From a virus, in IMG/VR virus record IMGVR_UViG_3300037840_000188, positions 76,996 through 140,995 of that record: a DNA stretch of 64,000 bases. One strand, given 5' to 3'. The notes under the pieces are model-generated. The model searched no databases, was not told the origin of the DNA, and worked only from the letters and a program-made list of their open reading frames with translations. Position numbers and translations under genes: made by a program. Of the stretch, positions 8,381 to 18,471 are shown piece after piece (position 1 is the stretch's first letter; each line of letters starts with the position of its first letter).

Positions 8381-8646
8381 TATTTCTGATCTCCGATATT
8401 TTCTATTCTGACACATCTTCCAGCGTATTCTTCATCGGTCTCGTTAATCCGGCGCGACGGGAGCGCGTACATGGTTCCGTCCGGCATCCATGGCGCTGAG
8501 CGGATGTCCGGCATCACGAACTGGATATCGTCTGGTGTTGCTGGGATCGTCTTGATGTTGGCCACTTTTCGGTAGACCTCGTCTGCGGCCCGAAAGGCGG
8601 CTATGTGGAGTGGGTTGAAGGGGTCGAATTTAAAAGTATCGCTCAT
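8380..8646 (-). CDS. Hypothetical protein
   Basis: 88 aa, tightly packed in the operon. Confidence 0.5.
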   Translation of the reverse strand: MSDTFKFDPFNPLHIAAFRAADEVYRKVANIKTIPATPDDIQFVMPDIRSAPWMPDGTMYALPSRRINETDEEYAGRCVRIENIGDQK

Positions 8647-8649
8647 GAT

Positions 8650-9567
8650 TTAATCGTCAGACCAGTCGTCCACCGCCGCTGCCCAAGCCTCGCGATACGA
8701 CTTTTGCTCGCCGCTCATCGTTGGAGCTAGGTGCTGCCAGTCTACATCGAGTCGCTCTGTGACAGGCTCGTCAGTTCGCTCTGGATTATCTGTCCAGCGA
8801 TGACCAGCCCAGAATGCCAGGTTACAGGCCCGGAGGCGATCATCGTGGATTCCATAAGCACCACGAGCAGTCATTCTTTGCATGTCAACAACGGCATTAG
8901 CGTACTCATCTACAGCCCACGGCGACATTAATTTCACCCTGCGAGACATCAGGTGCATGCGTGCCCTGGTCCACAGAATTCTCGTGCTCCTTGGCGTCGC
9001 CTGCCAGCCTATAACGTTCGTGTCTTCCGCGACGGTGTTGGCAAACTGCTGCCACATCCACATATTCCCGTACCCAAGTCGGATTAATTCCTGCGTCATT
9101 AGGGGACCGGGGCCGGGGTATGACTCGTATATAAACTCGCACTGATCCCCTTCTTCTCCCGCGTACATGCGCCCCATGACATTGGCTACTTTTGCCAGCT
9201 CTGCAGCATCAACAGGAGCCGCGAACTCGGCCACCTGAAGATCCCGCATGACAAACGCTTGTGTGCCCGTAGCCTTGTCGATGACCGGCTTATTATTCTT
9301 GAATAGCGGCATCTTTATGGCATTCGGTCGGAAAATTTCGATCACGCCGTTATCGGTCTTATAGTCATCTTCGCGACGAGACCCTCGGCTCCAGTTCGTA
9401 ATCCCCTCGGACGGGTCCGCCGCCATTATGTATTTGGCCCAATGTTTTGGCTCTTCCCAGACGAGCAGTAATCCCCTGGGGTCACCATTGACAGACTCGT
9501 CGGCTTCGCCAGTTCGCAAGAAGGAACTTCCAGATACGTGGAAGGCGGATTGGAATTCGTCGTTCAC
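8650..9567 (-). CDS. Terminase large subunit, nuclease (C-terminal) part
   Basis: YIMAADPSEG, QVAEF and HDDRLRA RNase H-like motifs; in frame with the ATPase part across a single TAG. Confidence 0.8.
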   Translation of the reverse strand: MNDEFQSAFHVSGSSFLRTGEADESVNGDPRGLLLVWEEPKHWAKYIMAADPSEGITNWSRGSRREDDYKTDNGVIEIFRPNAIKMPLFKNNKPVIDKATGTQAFVMRDLQVAEFAAPVDAAELAKVANVMGRMYAGEEGDQCEFIYESYPGPGPLMTQELIRLGYGNMWMWQQFANTVAEDTNVIGWQATPRSTRILWTRARMHLMSRRVKLMSPWAVDEYANAVVDMQRMTARGAYGIHDDRLRACNLAFWAGHRWTDNPERTDEPVTERLDVDWQHLAPTMSGEQKSYREAWAAAVDDWSDD

Positions 9568-9573
9568 AATATC

Positions 9574-10830
9574 CTAGTTTACCGACAACTCATACTCATA
9601 ACAGGCCCCTGGATTCATGCACTCGTTAGTTAGCTGCTCGATAAGCTCTGGCGACAAGGCCCCTTTATGTGGCGATTGAAAGGTCTCTCCGGGATCAGCC
9701 CCAAAATTGGTCAGAAACTCTGGCAACTCTCCGTTACTTACATGCTCTGCCCGCGTGGACTCCCACCAATAAAGCTGCTCGCGAGTCGGTCGATATGTAA
9801 TGCCATCATTGAACTCCGGCGAAGTGCGCTCGATCTTCTCGGCGTGCTTACGTGTATGCTCTTCCGGAACCCAATCATCTGGCGCAATGGCTCGATATTT
9901 GGTTTTGTTATACCACCACGGAACGAAGCAATAAATCCAGTCCTCGTAACCTCGACGGTGCCACCTCGCTCCCTCCGAAGACTCATGCCAATAATTCCCC
10001 TTACCGTCAGACGTAGATTCCTGCACGTGGAGGGTCGTGATGGCTTTTGGAATCGAAGGAACGAAGCTGAACCTTATTTTTCCAGGCTGCTTGAATAACG
10101 CGACCTCAGTGAGGTGCGAAATATCGTTCTGCGTACCCGTGCCAAAGCCAGTTTCCGAATTCTCCGCCTGATAGCTGATACGACTTGATATCGGATCTTC
10201 AAATCCCAGTTCCGCATTCTGTTTGTCAGGATAAATGTTAGGCTTTAACCACCAGGCGAGCTTATCGAGAAAGAGATGATCACGAGCAAAAACTTCCGAA
10301 ATGCGCTGATCGTCGAGAGTCGCGAACAGGCCGCGCACTGGATACCAGAAAAGCATCCGATGCCACATCATGCCGCGCACTGTCGCTGTTGCGGCGACCT
10401 GGCGAACCTTGTGGATGTACGCCTTAATGCCTGTCGTGAACTTATACTTGCGCTGCTCTTCGTGGCACTCTACCTCGCGCTTGCCAAAAAGTTTGATATA
10501 TCGATGCTGAGATTCAAGCAGCATTGGCGGTCCGATACCGCTGCCACGCCCGACGCCGGGGTCGATTTCCAGATTGAAATATCTCGAAAAAAAATACTCG
10601 AAGTCTACCTTGCATAACAGGCGCTCACTATCCAGAAATTCTTCTTCCTCGCGGTTTAGTGGCCTGATTAATTGCCCCTGCGGTAGGAGCTTTCTTGTTT
10701 TCGGATCGCGAATCAGCGTCTCTAGGTGCGTAGAAAATTCAATCGAACGGTCGCGGCTCTGGCGCTGGAATTTGAGACCAGCCTTTTTGGCCTTGTGTAA
10801 ACGCTGGGCGATTATTTCCTGACTGTACGT
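9574..10830 (-). CDS. Terminase large subunit, ATPase part (probable ACG start at 10830; first ATG at 10524)
   Basis: Walker A-like IHKVRQVAATA, Walker B SHLTEVALF, coupling motif QESTSDGKGNYW. The frame stays open more than 100 codons upstream of ATG 10524. Confidence 0.8.
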   Translation of the reverse strand, partial: TYSQEIIAQRLHKAKKAGLKFQRQSRDRSIEFSTHLETLIRDPKTRKLLPQGQLIRPLNREEEEFLDSERLLCKVDFEYFFSRYFNLEIDPGVGRGSGIGPPMLLESQHRYIKLFGKREVECHEEQRKYKFTTGIKAYIHKVRQVAATATVRGMMWHRMLFWYPVRGLFATLDDQRISEVFARDHLFLDKLAWWLKPNIYPDKQNAELGFEDPISSRISYQAENSETGFGTGTQNDISHLTEVALFKQPGKIRFSFVPSIPKAITTLHVQESTSDGKGNYWHESSEGARWHRRGYEDWIYCFVPWWYNKTKYRAIAPDDWVPEEHTRKHAEKIERTSPEFNDGITYRPTREQLYWWESTRAEHVSNGELPEFLTNFGADPGETFQSPHKGALSPELIEQLTNECMNPGACYEYELSVN

Positions 10831-11021
10831 AGCCGATTCTCCTGTGCCATCCCGACGCGCTCTGTATAACCCTGCCTGCTCTGCGCCTCGGTAGCCTTAC
10901 GATACTCCGCAGCATCCCGAGCCGTCCACTGCCTGTTACCGATGGCGCGCAGGGCGACTACGTTGTCAGTGGGACCGTCGCCGAAGAGGCGGAATTTTTT
11001 GGAGAGGATGGGTTCTGTCAT
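10812..11021 (-). CDS. Small hypothetical protein overlapping the terminase 5' end
   Basis: 69 aa ORF. Confidence 0.45.
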   Translation of the reverse strand: MTEPILSKKFRLFGDGPTDNVVALRAIGNRQWTARDAAEYRKATEAQSRQGYTERVGMAQENRLRTVRK

Positions 11022-11100
11022 ACCGTGTTAAGCTAAGGGCTGACCGCCCAGTGCGTCAAACACTGAACGGCCAGCAAACGACCACGGGAGGGTCGCCGCA

Positions 11101-11715
11101 TTGCCCAACTTAAAGCCTACCGCACTTGAACGCCTGATGGCGAAAGTAATCGTACTGCCGAATGGATGCTGGCAGTGGACGGGCTCGCTGGATGATTGTG
11201 GATATGGATTCTTTCGAATGGATCGAGGGGTAATGTGGCGAGCGCATCGTGCGTCGTATGTCCTGCGAAATGGACCAATCCTAAAAGGAGCGGAATTGGA
11301 TCACTCGTGCCATGATCCTAAATTATGCAAGCTGGGGAATAAATGCCCTCATCGAGCGTGCGTAAATCCTGAACATATGGTCGTTTCAACTCACGCTAAT
11401 AATTGTTCTCGCGAGCGAGCTAATAATGGCATGGAGGCAGCCCATGCCGCACAGAGAGCAAGGACACACTGCAAGCATGGTCACGAATTTACTCCGGAAA
11501 ATACGTATAAAACAAAGAGCGGAAGAAGTTGCAGGCTATGTACATTGCTGAGTATGAGGGTAAAGCCACAGTTGAAATTAGAATGCATCCGTGGCCATAT
11601 ACTCACCCCAGATAATCGATGCGGGAAAAGATCTAACTCATGCAAAATGTGCAGAAAGGAGCAGCTACACGCTAACTACATAGCGAGAAAAAATAAACAT
11701 CAAGACCTGATCTGA
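11101..11715 (+). CDS. Free-standing HNH homing endonuclease with Cys/His DNA-binding repeats
   Basis: GCWQWTG...GYG...AHRASY...ELDHSC...RACVNPEHM; THCKHGHEFTPENTY...CRLC. Confidence 0.85.
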   Translation: MPNLKPTALERLMAKVIVLPNGCWQWTGSLDDCGYGFFRMDRGVMWRAHRASYVLRNGPILKGAELDHSCHDPKLCKLGNKCPHRACVNPEHMVVSTHANNCSRERANNGMEAAHAAQRARTHCKHGHEFTPENTYKTKSGRSCRLCTLLSMRVKPQLKLECIRGHILTPDNRCGKRSNSCKMCRKEQLHANYIARKNKHQDLI

Positions 11716-11960
11716 TCATCAAATTCATCGTCATTGACATCTGGTTTATCGAAAGCAAGAAAGCGTCGCCATGCAGGCTTTTCATCAGAGCCATCAAATA
11801 CCTCAGTATCAAATCTTGGATTCGGCTCTTCGGTTCTTCTAATGATCGGCGGCATTCGTGAGCCAAGCTCCTCCTCGTAAAGCTCTCGAATGATTCGCAA
11901 CTCTCGCGCAATCTCCTTCATGGGGGAAAAAATCAACCGCAACATCCGAAGGAGTTTCAA
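11700..11960 (-). CDS. Hypothetical protein
   Basis: 86 aa with acidic C-terminus. Confidence 0.45.
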   Translation of the reverse strand: MKLLRMLRLIFSPMKEIARELRIIRELYEEELGSRMPPIIRRTEEPNPRFDTEVFDGSDEKPAWRRFLAFDKPDVNDDEFDDQIRS

Positions 11961-12932
11961 GCTCGATACTCCCTCTCCGCGTGATTCGGTTCCGCCAATT
12001 CTCGCCGATCAAAGCTGTTATGAACTATCACGTCAGCCGTAGTTTCAGGATGCCGCTCGGGATGGCAGTGGCAATCCGGTATCTCGAAATGGGGCTCCAC
12101 GTCTTCTGTGGGGATGATATGCATGACACCGCTTACGCTGCGTACCTTCCACGGCATTACTTGAAGTCCTCGAAATAAACAGGCATGTACTTATCCTGCG
12201 TAACGTTCCTCAGGACGCCACAATAAATCGGCAGATATTTATTTTCGCGGATCGGAATCAGCGTGCTGCCAAATGCAGATTTATTCTCCTTCTCGGAGGC
12301 GTCAAAGAAGTCTCGATATCGATTCGGGCTCTCGGGGTGTACATGAAGCTCGATCACGTCCAGTACGGGCGGAAGGGAATTATAGAGCGCCTCTATATCT
12401 GCGAGAGTGAGACTGCCGGTCATAGCCGCACTCCATACCACCGCGCCACATTCCTCACCGCTGACGCCCACTCGAAATAATTACACGGAGGATCGTCGTC
12501 TGTCGATACACGCCAGAGCCAGACACCGGGCCAGCGGCTCGGGGCGGAGAAGATGCGGGGTTTGATTTTCATACAGGCAGCCTCGCCGGAGTCGCAGGAT
12601 ATCGAAGACCGCCATCCATGCGCTTCCAACCCTCGCCGGGTTTTCGATAGTATTTGTCGCCAGGCGACCACCGAACGTCGGGATCATTCCTCAGAGCCCA
12701 CTTCGCGTTCAGATACTCAAAGACGGGCGATGAGCAGAAGATCATATCAGGGAGTCCGGCGTCACTCATGTATTGCAGCGTGATCGAATTTATTTGATCG
12801 AGGCCCCCGTTCCATGTTGGGTTAATCTGCTCATTGATAAACGTCCCGATCTCTGGCTGTTTAATTGGCAGAAATCGAGCCGCCAACGGGGCAAGCACTG
12901 GCGCGAGAAGCGCAGCGAAAAATGAGTGGCGA

Positions 12933-13751
12933 TTATTCTCCATTTTCAACCTCGGATATGTCGGCGGGACCTTTATCAGAATGTTCGGGCACCTGATTCC
13001 AGTCCCGCTCCGCTTCGATTGCTGGATCACCCCCTTCTGTGATTGTGTCGGCACTTAAATCGAAAGTGACTCCCGCCAAGCGGTTCCCAGCCGCTTCAAT
13101 ACCGTGGCCGCCGTAATTATTATTTATGGCGACCGTCACACCAGCCGACTTATTGGAAATGCCGTTCATAAGGAGAATCTTCTCTCGCGCATGGCTATCG
13201 CCCGGCTTACTCAGCTTACCTTTACCGCTGCATTGTGGGCAGTCCCGAACAAACCTCGCTCCCATCGGACGAATACCTCCTGGTATTGGTCCGCCATCCT
13301 CAGGTAACGGTGGCATCTCCTGCTCTGACACATTCACAAACCCCCACCCGTCACACCGGCCACACGCCTCCTTCTGTGTGAGCGCATCGTCGGCCATGTG
13401 AGAGGTGATCTCGGGGAGTCGCTGCGCCGCTATGGAAAGCGCGCGGGTCCGACTGGCACTACGGAGGAAGTCTGTAAACTCTGCGAGCGAGATATCCATT
13501 ATCTTCGCGAGAGTCGAGGCCTTTTTGTTGCGGTTCTTAGGGAGGTTTAGCTGGCGCAGGTACTCGCGGAAGCGCTTATCGGTTGACGCGGCCAGCGCCT
13601 GCTGCATCTCCGGGCTCTGGAGTTTGGCTTCTTCAAGGAAAGCCTGGTACGGGACGTCGATCTCTTCAGCGTCCCACGCCGGAACAAGGCCGCGATACTT
13701 TTCGAGCATCATGCCGGGCGGGATGGGGGGTTTAGGCATTACGCTACCCAC
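12933..13751 (-). CDS. Hypothetical protein with DnaJ-type zinc-finger motifs; possible terminase small subunit
   Basis: CGRCDGWG and CPQCSGKG, HTH-like segment. The function is inferred from position only. Confidence 0.5.
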   Translation of the reverse strand: MGSVMPKPPIPPGMMLEKYRGLVPAWDAEEIDVPYQAFLEEAKLQSPEMQQALAASTDKRFREYLRQLNLPKNRNKKASTLAKIMDISLAEFTDFLRSASRTRALSIAAQRLPEITSHMADDALTQKEACGRCDGWGFVNVSEQEMPPLPEDGGPIPGGIRPMGARFVRDCPQCSGKGKLSKPGDSHAREKILLMNGISNKSAGVTVAINNNYGGHGIEAAGNRLAGVTFDLSADTITEGGDPAIEAERDWNQVPEHSDKGPADISEVENGE

Positions 13752-14380
13752 ATAGCGACGACGCCGGTATTTATACCCACAGCAGCCGCCGAAACAATAT
13801 AAGACCAGTATTTTTTCTGATTACCCATAGCGAAGGCCATGAGAGTAAATGCAATTGAAAGCGCAATAGCGGTAACCGCCAACTTCCATATGGGAATACA
13901 GATCACGTGACTAATCGCCTATTTCTTCTTCGCGGTCGAGCGGCCAGACATCTTGGCTTCGTGCTTCTGATCCATCTTGCGGCCTAGGGCAGTTTCGTTG
14001 GGACCCTTCATCCAGCCTTTAGCGTTCGCGATCTTATACGGAATTTTGCTATCAGCGCCATACTCCTGCTTCAGCTTTTTTAAAAGGAATTCCGGCATTA
14101 CCCCTCCACCTTCCTCAGCCCCATCGGCGTCACCTGAAAAACCTTGGGATCGTCAGGATACTTACAGTCAGGGCAGTTATAGAGGTTCTCTCCAGTCCAC
14201 TTTCCATTCTCGGCGGTGCCAAGCTGCCGAAGTTCCGTGCTGTGGATCGGACACCTGTGCCCCATGCGTCCATCTTAACGCAAAGAGGGACCACACGCGG
14301 AGGATGGGTTGCCCCTCTTCGTTGCACCCGGAAAAGCTTCCGGCGACTGATTCCCTTACCGCTAAAGCCGCTCGCGCGAG

Positions 14381-14659
14381 TTACGGAGTGGGCAGGCCGG
14401 TACGAAGGGCGGGTGCGATATCAATCAGATCTCTTCTCGACGTAGCGCCTGTCTTGTCAAAGATGTGGCGCATGAATGTCTTAATGCTTCCTTTCGCGAT
14501 CCCGAGCGTGCTCGCGATCACTCTATCAGAACAGCCACGCGCCGCCAGTGCGGCTACCTCAGATTCACGCTGAGAGAGACCCTTGGAGGTGACCCCGCGC
14601 GGCTTGTAGTCGCGGCGTGGGGTGCGCTGGAGAGAGAAGGTGGAGAGGGCGGAATTCAT
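14381..14659 (-). CDS. LuxR-type HTH regulator
   Basis: LSQRESEVAALAARGCSDRVIASTLGIAKGSIKTFMRHIFDKTGATSR. Confidence 0.85.
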   Translation of the reverse strand: MNSALSTFSLQRTPRRDYKPRGVTSKGLSQRESEVAALAARGCSDRVIASTLGIAKGSIKTFMRHIFDKTGATSRRDLIDIAPALRTGLPTP

Positions 14660-14662
14660 GGG

Positions 14663-14905
14663 CTAGCCGATAAGCCTCGACTCTGGAATATATCGCTCGC
14701 GCCAAAGGAACTCTGCCTGCCTTGCGGTGAATCCAGCGCGCCTCGCGGCGGCGATAAAGTTCAGACGCGGAGCCTCTCGCTCGCGCACTCTCGCGGCCTC
14801 CTGCTCGACATGTACGCGTTTCAACGCCTCGTTTAACTTATTTAACTGTGCGGGTGATAGTCGCTTACCCATCTGATTGAGAGAGCGAGAGTGGATGACA
14901 CTCAT
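14663..14905 (-). CDS. Hypothetical protein whose start codon lies in the IS TSD
   Basis: ATG at 14905 within ACTCATGA. Confidence 0.5.
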   Translation of the reverse strand: MSVIHSRSLNQMGKRLSPAQLNKLNEALKRVHVEQEAARVREREAPRLNFIAAARRAGFTARQAEFLWRERYIPESRLIG

Positions 14906-14955
14906 GAGGTGAAAATATACTTGACTCCTCAAATCAGTTCTCCTAAAATGGGTTT

Positions 14956-15939
14956 ATGGAAGCCGCCGCACCCGAACCAAAGACATTTCTGGAAGCCGTT
15001 CAGTACTTCGCTAACATCGACAATTGCATCGCATACCTTGCTAACAAGCGTTGGTCGAACGGCATCGTAGAGTGTCCGACGTGTGGCCGTAAGGATGCGG
15101 CCTACGTGCCGTCTCGTCGTTACTGGCAGTGCAAGACGCGGCACCCTAAGGCGCAGTTCTCGGTTAAGGTCGGGACGATCTTTGAGGACTCTCCTATCGG
15201 TCTCGACAAGTGGCTTCCCGTCATGTGGCAGGTTGCCAGTTGCAAGAATGGCGTCTCGTCCTGGGAAATCAGCCGGAACCTCGGAGTAACCCAGAAGACC
15301 GCGTGGTTCATGCTCCATCGCATCCGGCTTGCAATGCAGGACGACTTCACGGGCGGAAAGCTTGGTGGCGAAGTGGAAGTCGACGAGACTTTCATCGGCG
15401 GTAAGGCACGGAACATGCACAAGGACCGCAAGTGGCGTGCGCTTGAAGGGGCTGGTGGTGGCCAAGTCGGAAAGACCGCCGTTATCGGGCTGCTCGAACG
15501 TGGCGGCAAGGTTCGCACTCAAGTCATCCCGAACCGGAAGCGGCCCACGATTCAGGCCGAAGTACGGAAGCACGTTGAGCCGGGATCGCCGCTGTACACG
15601 GATCAGCTTGAGTCCTATCGCGGCCTGAATGAGTTTGAGCATCAGGTGATCGATCACGCCGTGGCATACGTCAATGGGCAGGTTCATACCAACGGGCTCG
15701 AAAACTTCTGGTCCTTGCTCAAGCGCGGATTGGGCGGCACCTATGTTTCCGTCGAACCGTTCCATCTGTTTCGGTACGTTGACGAACAGGCGTTCCGCTA
15801 CAACACGCGCAAGGACGCGGACGGCGAAGTGATCCCCGATGCAGAGCGTTTCGGCGAACTGTGTCGAAAGGTCGTGGGTAAGCGGCTGACGTATGCCGAA
15901 CTCACCGGCAAGGTGGGACAAAAACCGGAAGACTTCTAG
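14956..15939 (+). CDS. IS1595-family transposase
   Basis: Zn ribbon CPTCG; EVDETFIGG, LYTD, HTNGLENFWSLLKRG. Confidence 0.93.
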   Translation: MEAAAPEPKTFLEAVQYFANIDNCIAYLANKRWSNGIVECPTCGRKDAAYVPSRRYWQCKTRHPKAQFSVKVGTIFEDSPIGLDKWLPVMWQVASCKNGVSSWEISRNLGVTQKTAWFMLHRIRLAMQDDFTGGKLGGEVEVDETFIGGKARNMHKDRKWRALEGAGGGQVGKTAVIGLLERGGKVRTQVIPNRKRPTIQAEVRKHVEPGSPLYTDQLESYRGLNEFEHQVIDHAVAYVNGQVHTNGLENFWSLLKRGLGGTYVSVEPFHLFRYVDEQAFRYNTRKDADGEVIPDAERFGELCRKVVGKRLTYAELTGKVGQKPEDF

Positions 15940-16136
15940 GAATCTTCCCCGTGGTCCGAAGCGGAAGGCTTGACCCTCCGTTTTGGTCCGCGCCTGTTGG
16001 GGTTCGCGTCTACCTGTTTCCGATACTCCGCCTCGCGGCGCTGCATCTCTTCGCGCGATACAGACAGAACCCTTCCGACCAGCCCATCGAAGGCGTTGAA
16101 CTCGGCAGAGTGTTTCATTCGTGCCCATCCTATCAA
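15936..16136 (-). CDS. Small IS passenger ORF
   Basis: Convergent with the transposase; basic C-terminus. Confidence 0.45.
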   Translation of the reverse strand: MIGWARMKHSAEFNAFDGLVGRVLSVSREEMQRREAEYRKQVDANPNRRGPKRRVKPSASDHGEDS

Positions 16137-16170
16137 TTTCCTCGCGGCGACGCGGTGATAGACTCCCCAG

Positions 16171-16611
16171 ATGGCGAAGCCGCGACCATTTGACCCTCAA
16201 TACCCACTCCTCTGCAAGGGTGAGGGTTGTTCGCAATATATCTGGCTCCCTCAAGGAATCCTCGCAGATATACTTGGCGATCCACTGGGCCGCCCAAAAA
16301 TCCAGTATCCCGCCATAGCCGTTGTATGCCCTCACTGCAAGCAACTTCAAACGCTATCGAAGGACCAATTTGTCGCGGGTCACATGGAAGGGCGATACCT
16401 TGATGTGGCCACCGAGTTTTATACGTTGCTTCAATGCGACGAGGAAAAGTGCAGCATTCAAGTACCACTGTACGTGCAATGGAAAGCTCCCACATTTCCC
16501 TCCACCGAAGCAGAGTTATTCGAAGAAACCGATACATGGAAATGGGGTGACCTGCGCTGTGCTGCTGGGCACTCAATTGTGAAACCACCCCATTGGCCGC
16601 TGGTCTCATAG
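16171..16611 (+). CDS. Cys-rich IS passenger protein
   Basis: 146 aa with several Cys pairs. Confidence 0.5.
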   Translation: MAKPRPFDPQYPLLCKGEGCSQYIWLPQGILADILGDPLGRPKIQYPAIAVVCPHCKQLQTLSKDQFVAGHMEGRYLDVATEFYTLLQCDEEKCSIQVPLYVQWKAPTFPSTEAELFEETDTWKWGDLRCAAGHSIVKPPHWPLVS

Positions 16612-17478
16612 TTAGCCGCCGCCCTTCGCCTCGTCCAGACGCGCAAACATGTTATCCACGATCCCGGCCAATTGCTTGGTGGTCCACTTGTGCTCGTCAG
16701 GTTTAGCGGCACGACCATACAGTAATCGAAGTCGCTTAAGGTCCACCGTATCTGCTTTCCCTGAAAGCTTACGTTGGCGATGCCAGCACAACACGTCCGC
16801 AGCCTGTAACGGAAGACGGGTCTCCATGTCGCCAGGTATGACATCTCCGATGTAACGGTAAGCGTCTGGATAAAGGGACCCGAACCATTCCCTGAAGTCG
16901 TCCTGAGTCTTATCGAGTGTTTTGGAGATGTATTGCTTTTTGGAAACTACGAAGTCCACCTTGTCCGCATCTGGGAAGTGCCTGCGAACCGCTGCCACGA
17001 CTCTTACCATGTATGTCAAATAGCAGTAGTAATCCGGAAACTTTAAGCGGTCTGGAATATGCCTTTTCTTTTGAAATCGAGAGTGAATGAGATTCTTTAT
17101 TTCATCTTGGCTGATCGCCGATGTTGTTACCCGCAGCGAACCGCAACAAGACAGGATTCTGGCTGCTTGGTCGATTCTGTTCTGTGCCTCAATGTATGAC
17201 ATCCCGATTTTCTTAAGCCACTCCTCTGACATCTCGGACATGTGCAGATAAGGCAACGACCCAGTGCGTGGCGGTCCATCCAATACTTGCTCCTGCCACG
17301 CTCGGGCGATGTATGGCCAGTCATCCTTCGGGGCGATATAACCGCCAACAAAAAACTCGCTAGTATTTTTTACTTCCGACTCATCCGAATGAGAAATAAA
17401 CACAGCCACTCGCTTATACCTCGGAGAGAAGCCAGAGAATAGCGAATCCGTGAGAGCCGCTGCTGTAGCTCCCCTCAT
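16612..17478 (-). CDS. IS passenger, DUF3800-like protein
   Basis: SHSDES...FFVGGYIA, LHMSE, LPLQAADVLCW. Confidence 0.65.
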   Translation of the reverse strand: MRGATAAALTDSLFSGFSPRYKRVAVFISHSDESEVKNTSEFFVGGYIAPKDDWPYIARAWQEQVLDGPPRTGSLPYLHMSEMSEEWLKKIGMSYIEAQNRIDQAARILSCCGSLRVTTSAISQDEIKNLIHSRFQKKRHIPDRLKFPDYYCYLTYMVRVVAAVRRHFPDADKVDFVVSKKQYISKTLDKTQDDFREWFGSLYPDAYRYIGDVIPGDMETRLPLQAADVLCWHRQRKLSGKADTVDLKRLRLLYGRAAKPDEHKWTTKQLAGIVDNMFARLDEAKGGG

Positions 17479-17548
17479 GCGTAACCCCTGCGACTCTGTG
17501 AAAAATGGTACCGCTCTCCGCTTGAGGAGTCAACGATATTATCACCAC

Positions 17549-17893
17549 TCATGAGCCGACCTGTTCCGTTGTCCCTTCCCACACGAACTGATCGAGAGGG
17601 TAATGCGCCCCGCACCGGCAGCAAAATGTCCCGCTATAAAAGCCGGGATCGCGGGCATAGGTTTCCGCCAGAGCGGTTCCCATTGTGGTTACGGAGCCGC
17701 ATTTTTTATGAATATAGGAGCGTCGCACTGGCCGAACAAAACCCTTGGCGCGTTCCTTTTCACAGAGGACCACATATCCCTTCTGCTGGCCATCTGATCG
17801 CAACTCACGGTGATCTTCCGTCACGGGAGAGCCATCGGTCAGAACGCGACAACTGCGATCCACTGGCGGAATTTGATCTATTTCCATGTCCAT
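17549..17893 (-). CDS. Cys/His-containing phage hypothetical protein
   Basis: HKKCG...ETYARDPGFYSGTFCCRC; its stop lies in the TSD. Confidence 0.6.
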   Translation of the reverse strand: MDMEIDQIPPVDRSCRVLTDGSPVTEDHRELRSDGQQKGYVVLCEKERAKGFVRPVRRSYIHKKCGSVTTMGTALAETYARDPGFYSGTFCCRCGAHYPLDQFVWEGTTEQVGS

Positions 17894-17898
17894 TACCC

Positions 17899-18141
17899 TT
17901 AATTAAGCGGTGGCGCGACCTTTACTAAAATTGTTTCCGGTACCGGCCCATCCCCTTGATATATGACCCGAATACCAGGAAACCGCTCCTTTAACTTCGC
18001 GATGTAACGATCCGCTTTGCCTTCCTCGGAATCCGTGACGAAACCCACCACCAGCTTTTCCTGCATCGCCTTTTCGCCGATCTGACGAATACGCTCGTCT
18101 TCTTGCAGATCCGCTATATCTTTGTAGGGTATTGGCTTCAC
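17899..18141 (-). CDS. Hypothetical protein
   Basis: 80 aa; GGAG upstream. Confidence 0.5.
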   Translation of the reverse strand: MKPIPYKDIADLQEDERIRQIGEKAMQEKLVVGFVTDSEEGKADRYIAKLKERFPGIRVIYQGDGPVPETILVKVAPPLN

Positions 18142-18471
18142 GGCGTCGCTCCCATCTGCGCTCTCTCTCGGGGATTCGAGTCCACATTTAACCCAAGATC
18201 ATCCGACAGTCTGACGCCGAGCCAGAGGCCAACTACGGTGAGCGCCAGAGCGGAGATGATTACCCAGCGGCTCATAGATCGGCCATCCTCTCCAGCTCAT
18301 CAACGGCCCGGCCTGCCCACAACTCCTCAATAAACATCTGGACCACGTGCTCGTTACTCACACTGCTCAGATCAGTCGCTCGGTCGGACCTATCCACTCG
18401 CAACGCAGTTCCATGCGGAGACGTAGACGCCTTGACATCAGAGTCCCTACCGCCTTGCGAGTAGAGAGCCA

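Larger units (their letters stand above)
14908..17546 (+). mobile_element. IS1595-family element A with passenger genes
   Basis: 25-bp TIRs GGTGAAAATATACTTGACTCCTCAA / GGTGATAATATCGTTGACTCCTCAA (22/25). 8-bp TSD ACTCATGA at 14900-14907 and 17547-17554. Confidence 0.92.

Noticed and set aside
11022-11715. Group I intron carrying the HNH within the terminase
   Set aside because: The HNH is on the opposite strand between intact small genes and no intron core is visible.
14929-16350. 473-aa minus-strand ORF
   Set aside because: Antisense shadow of the IS1595 transposase.
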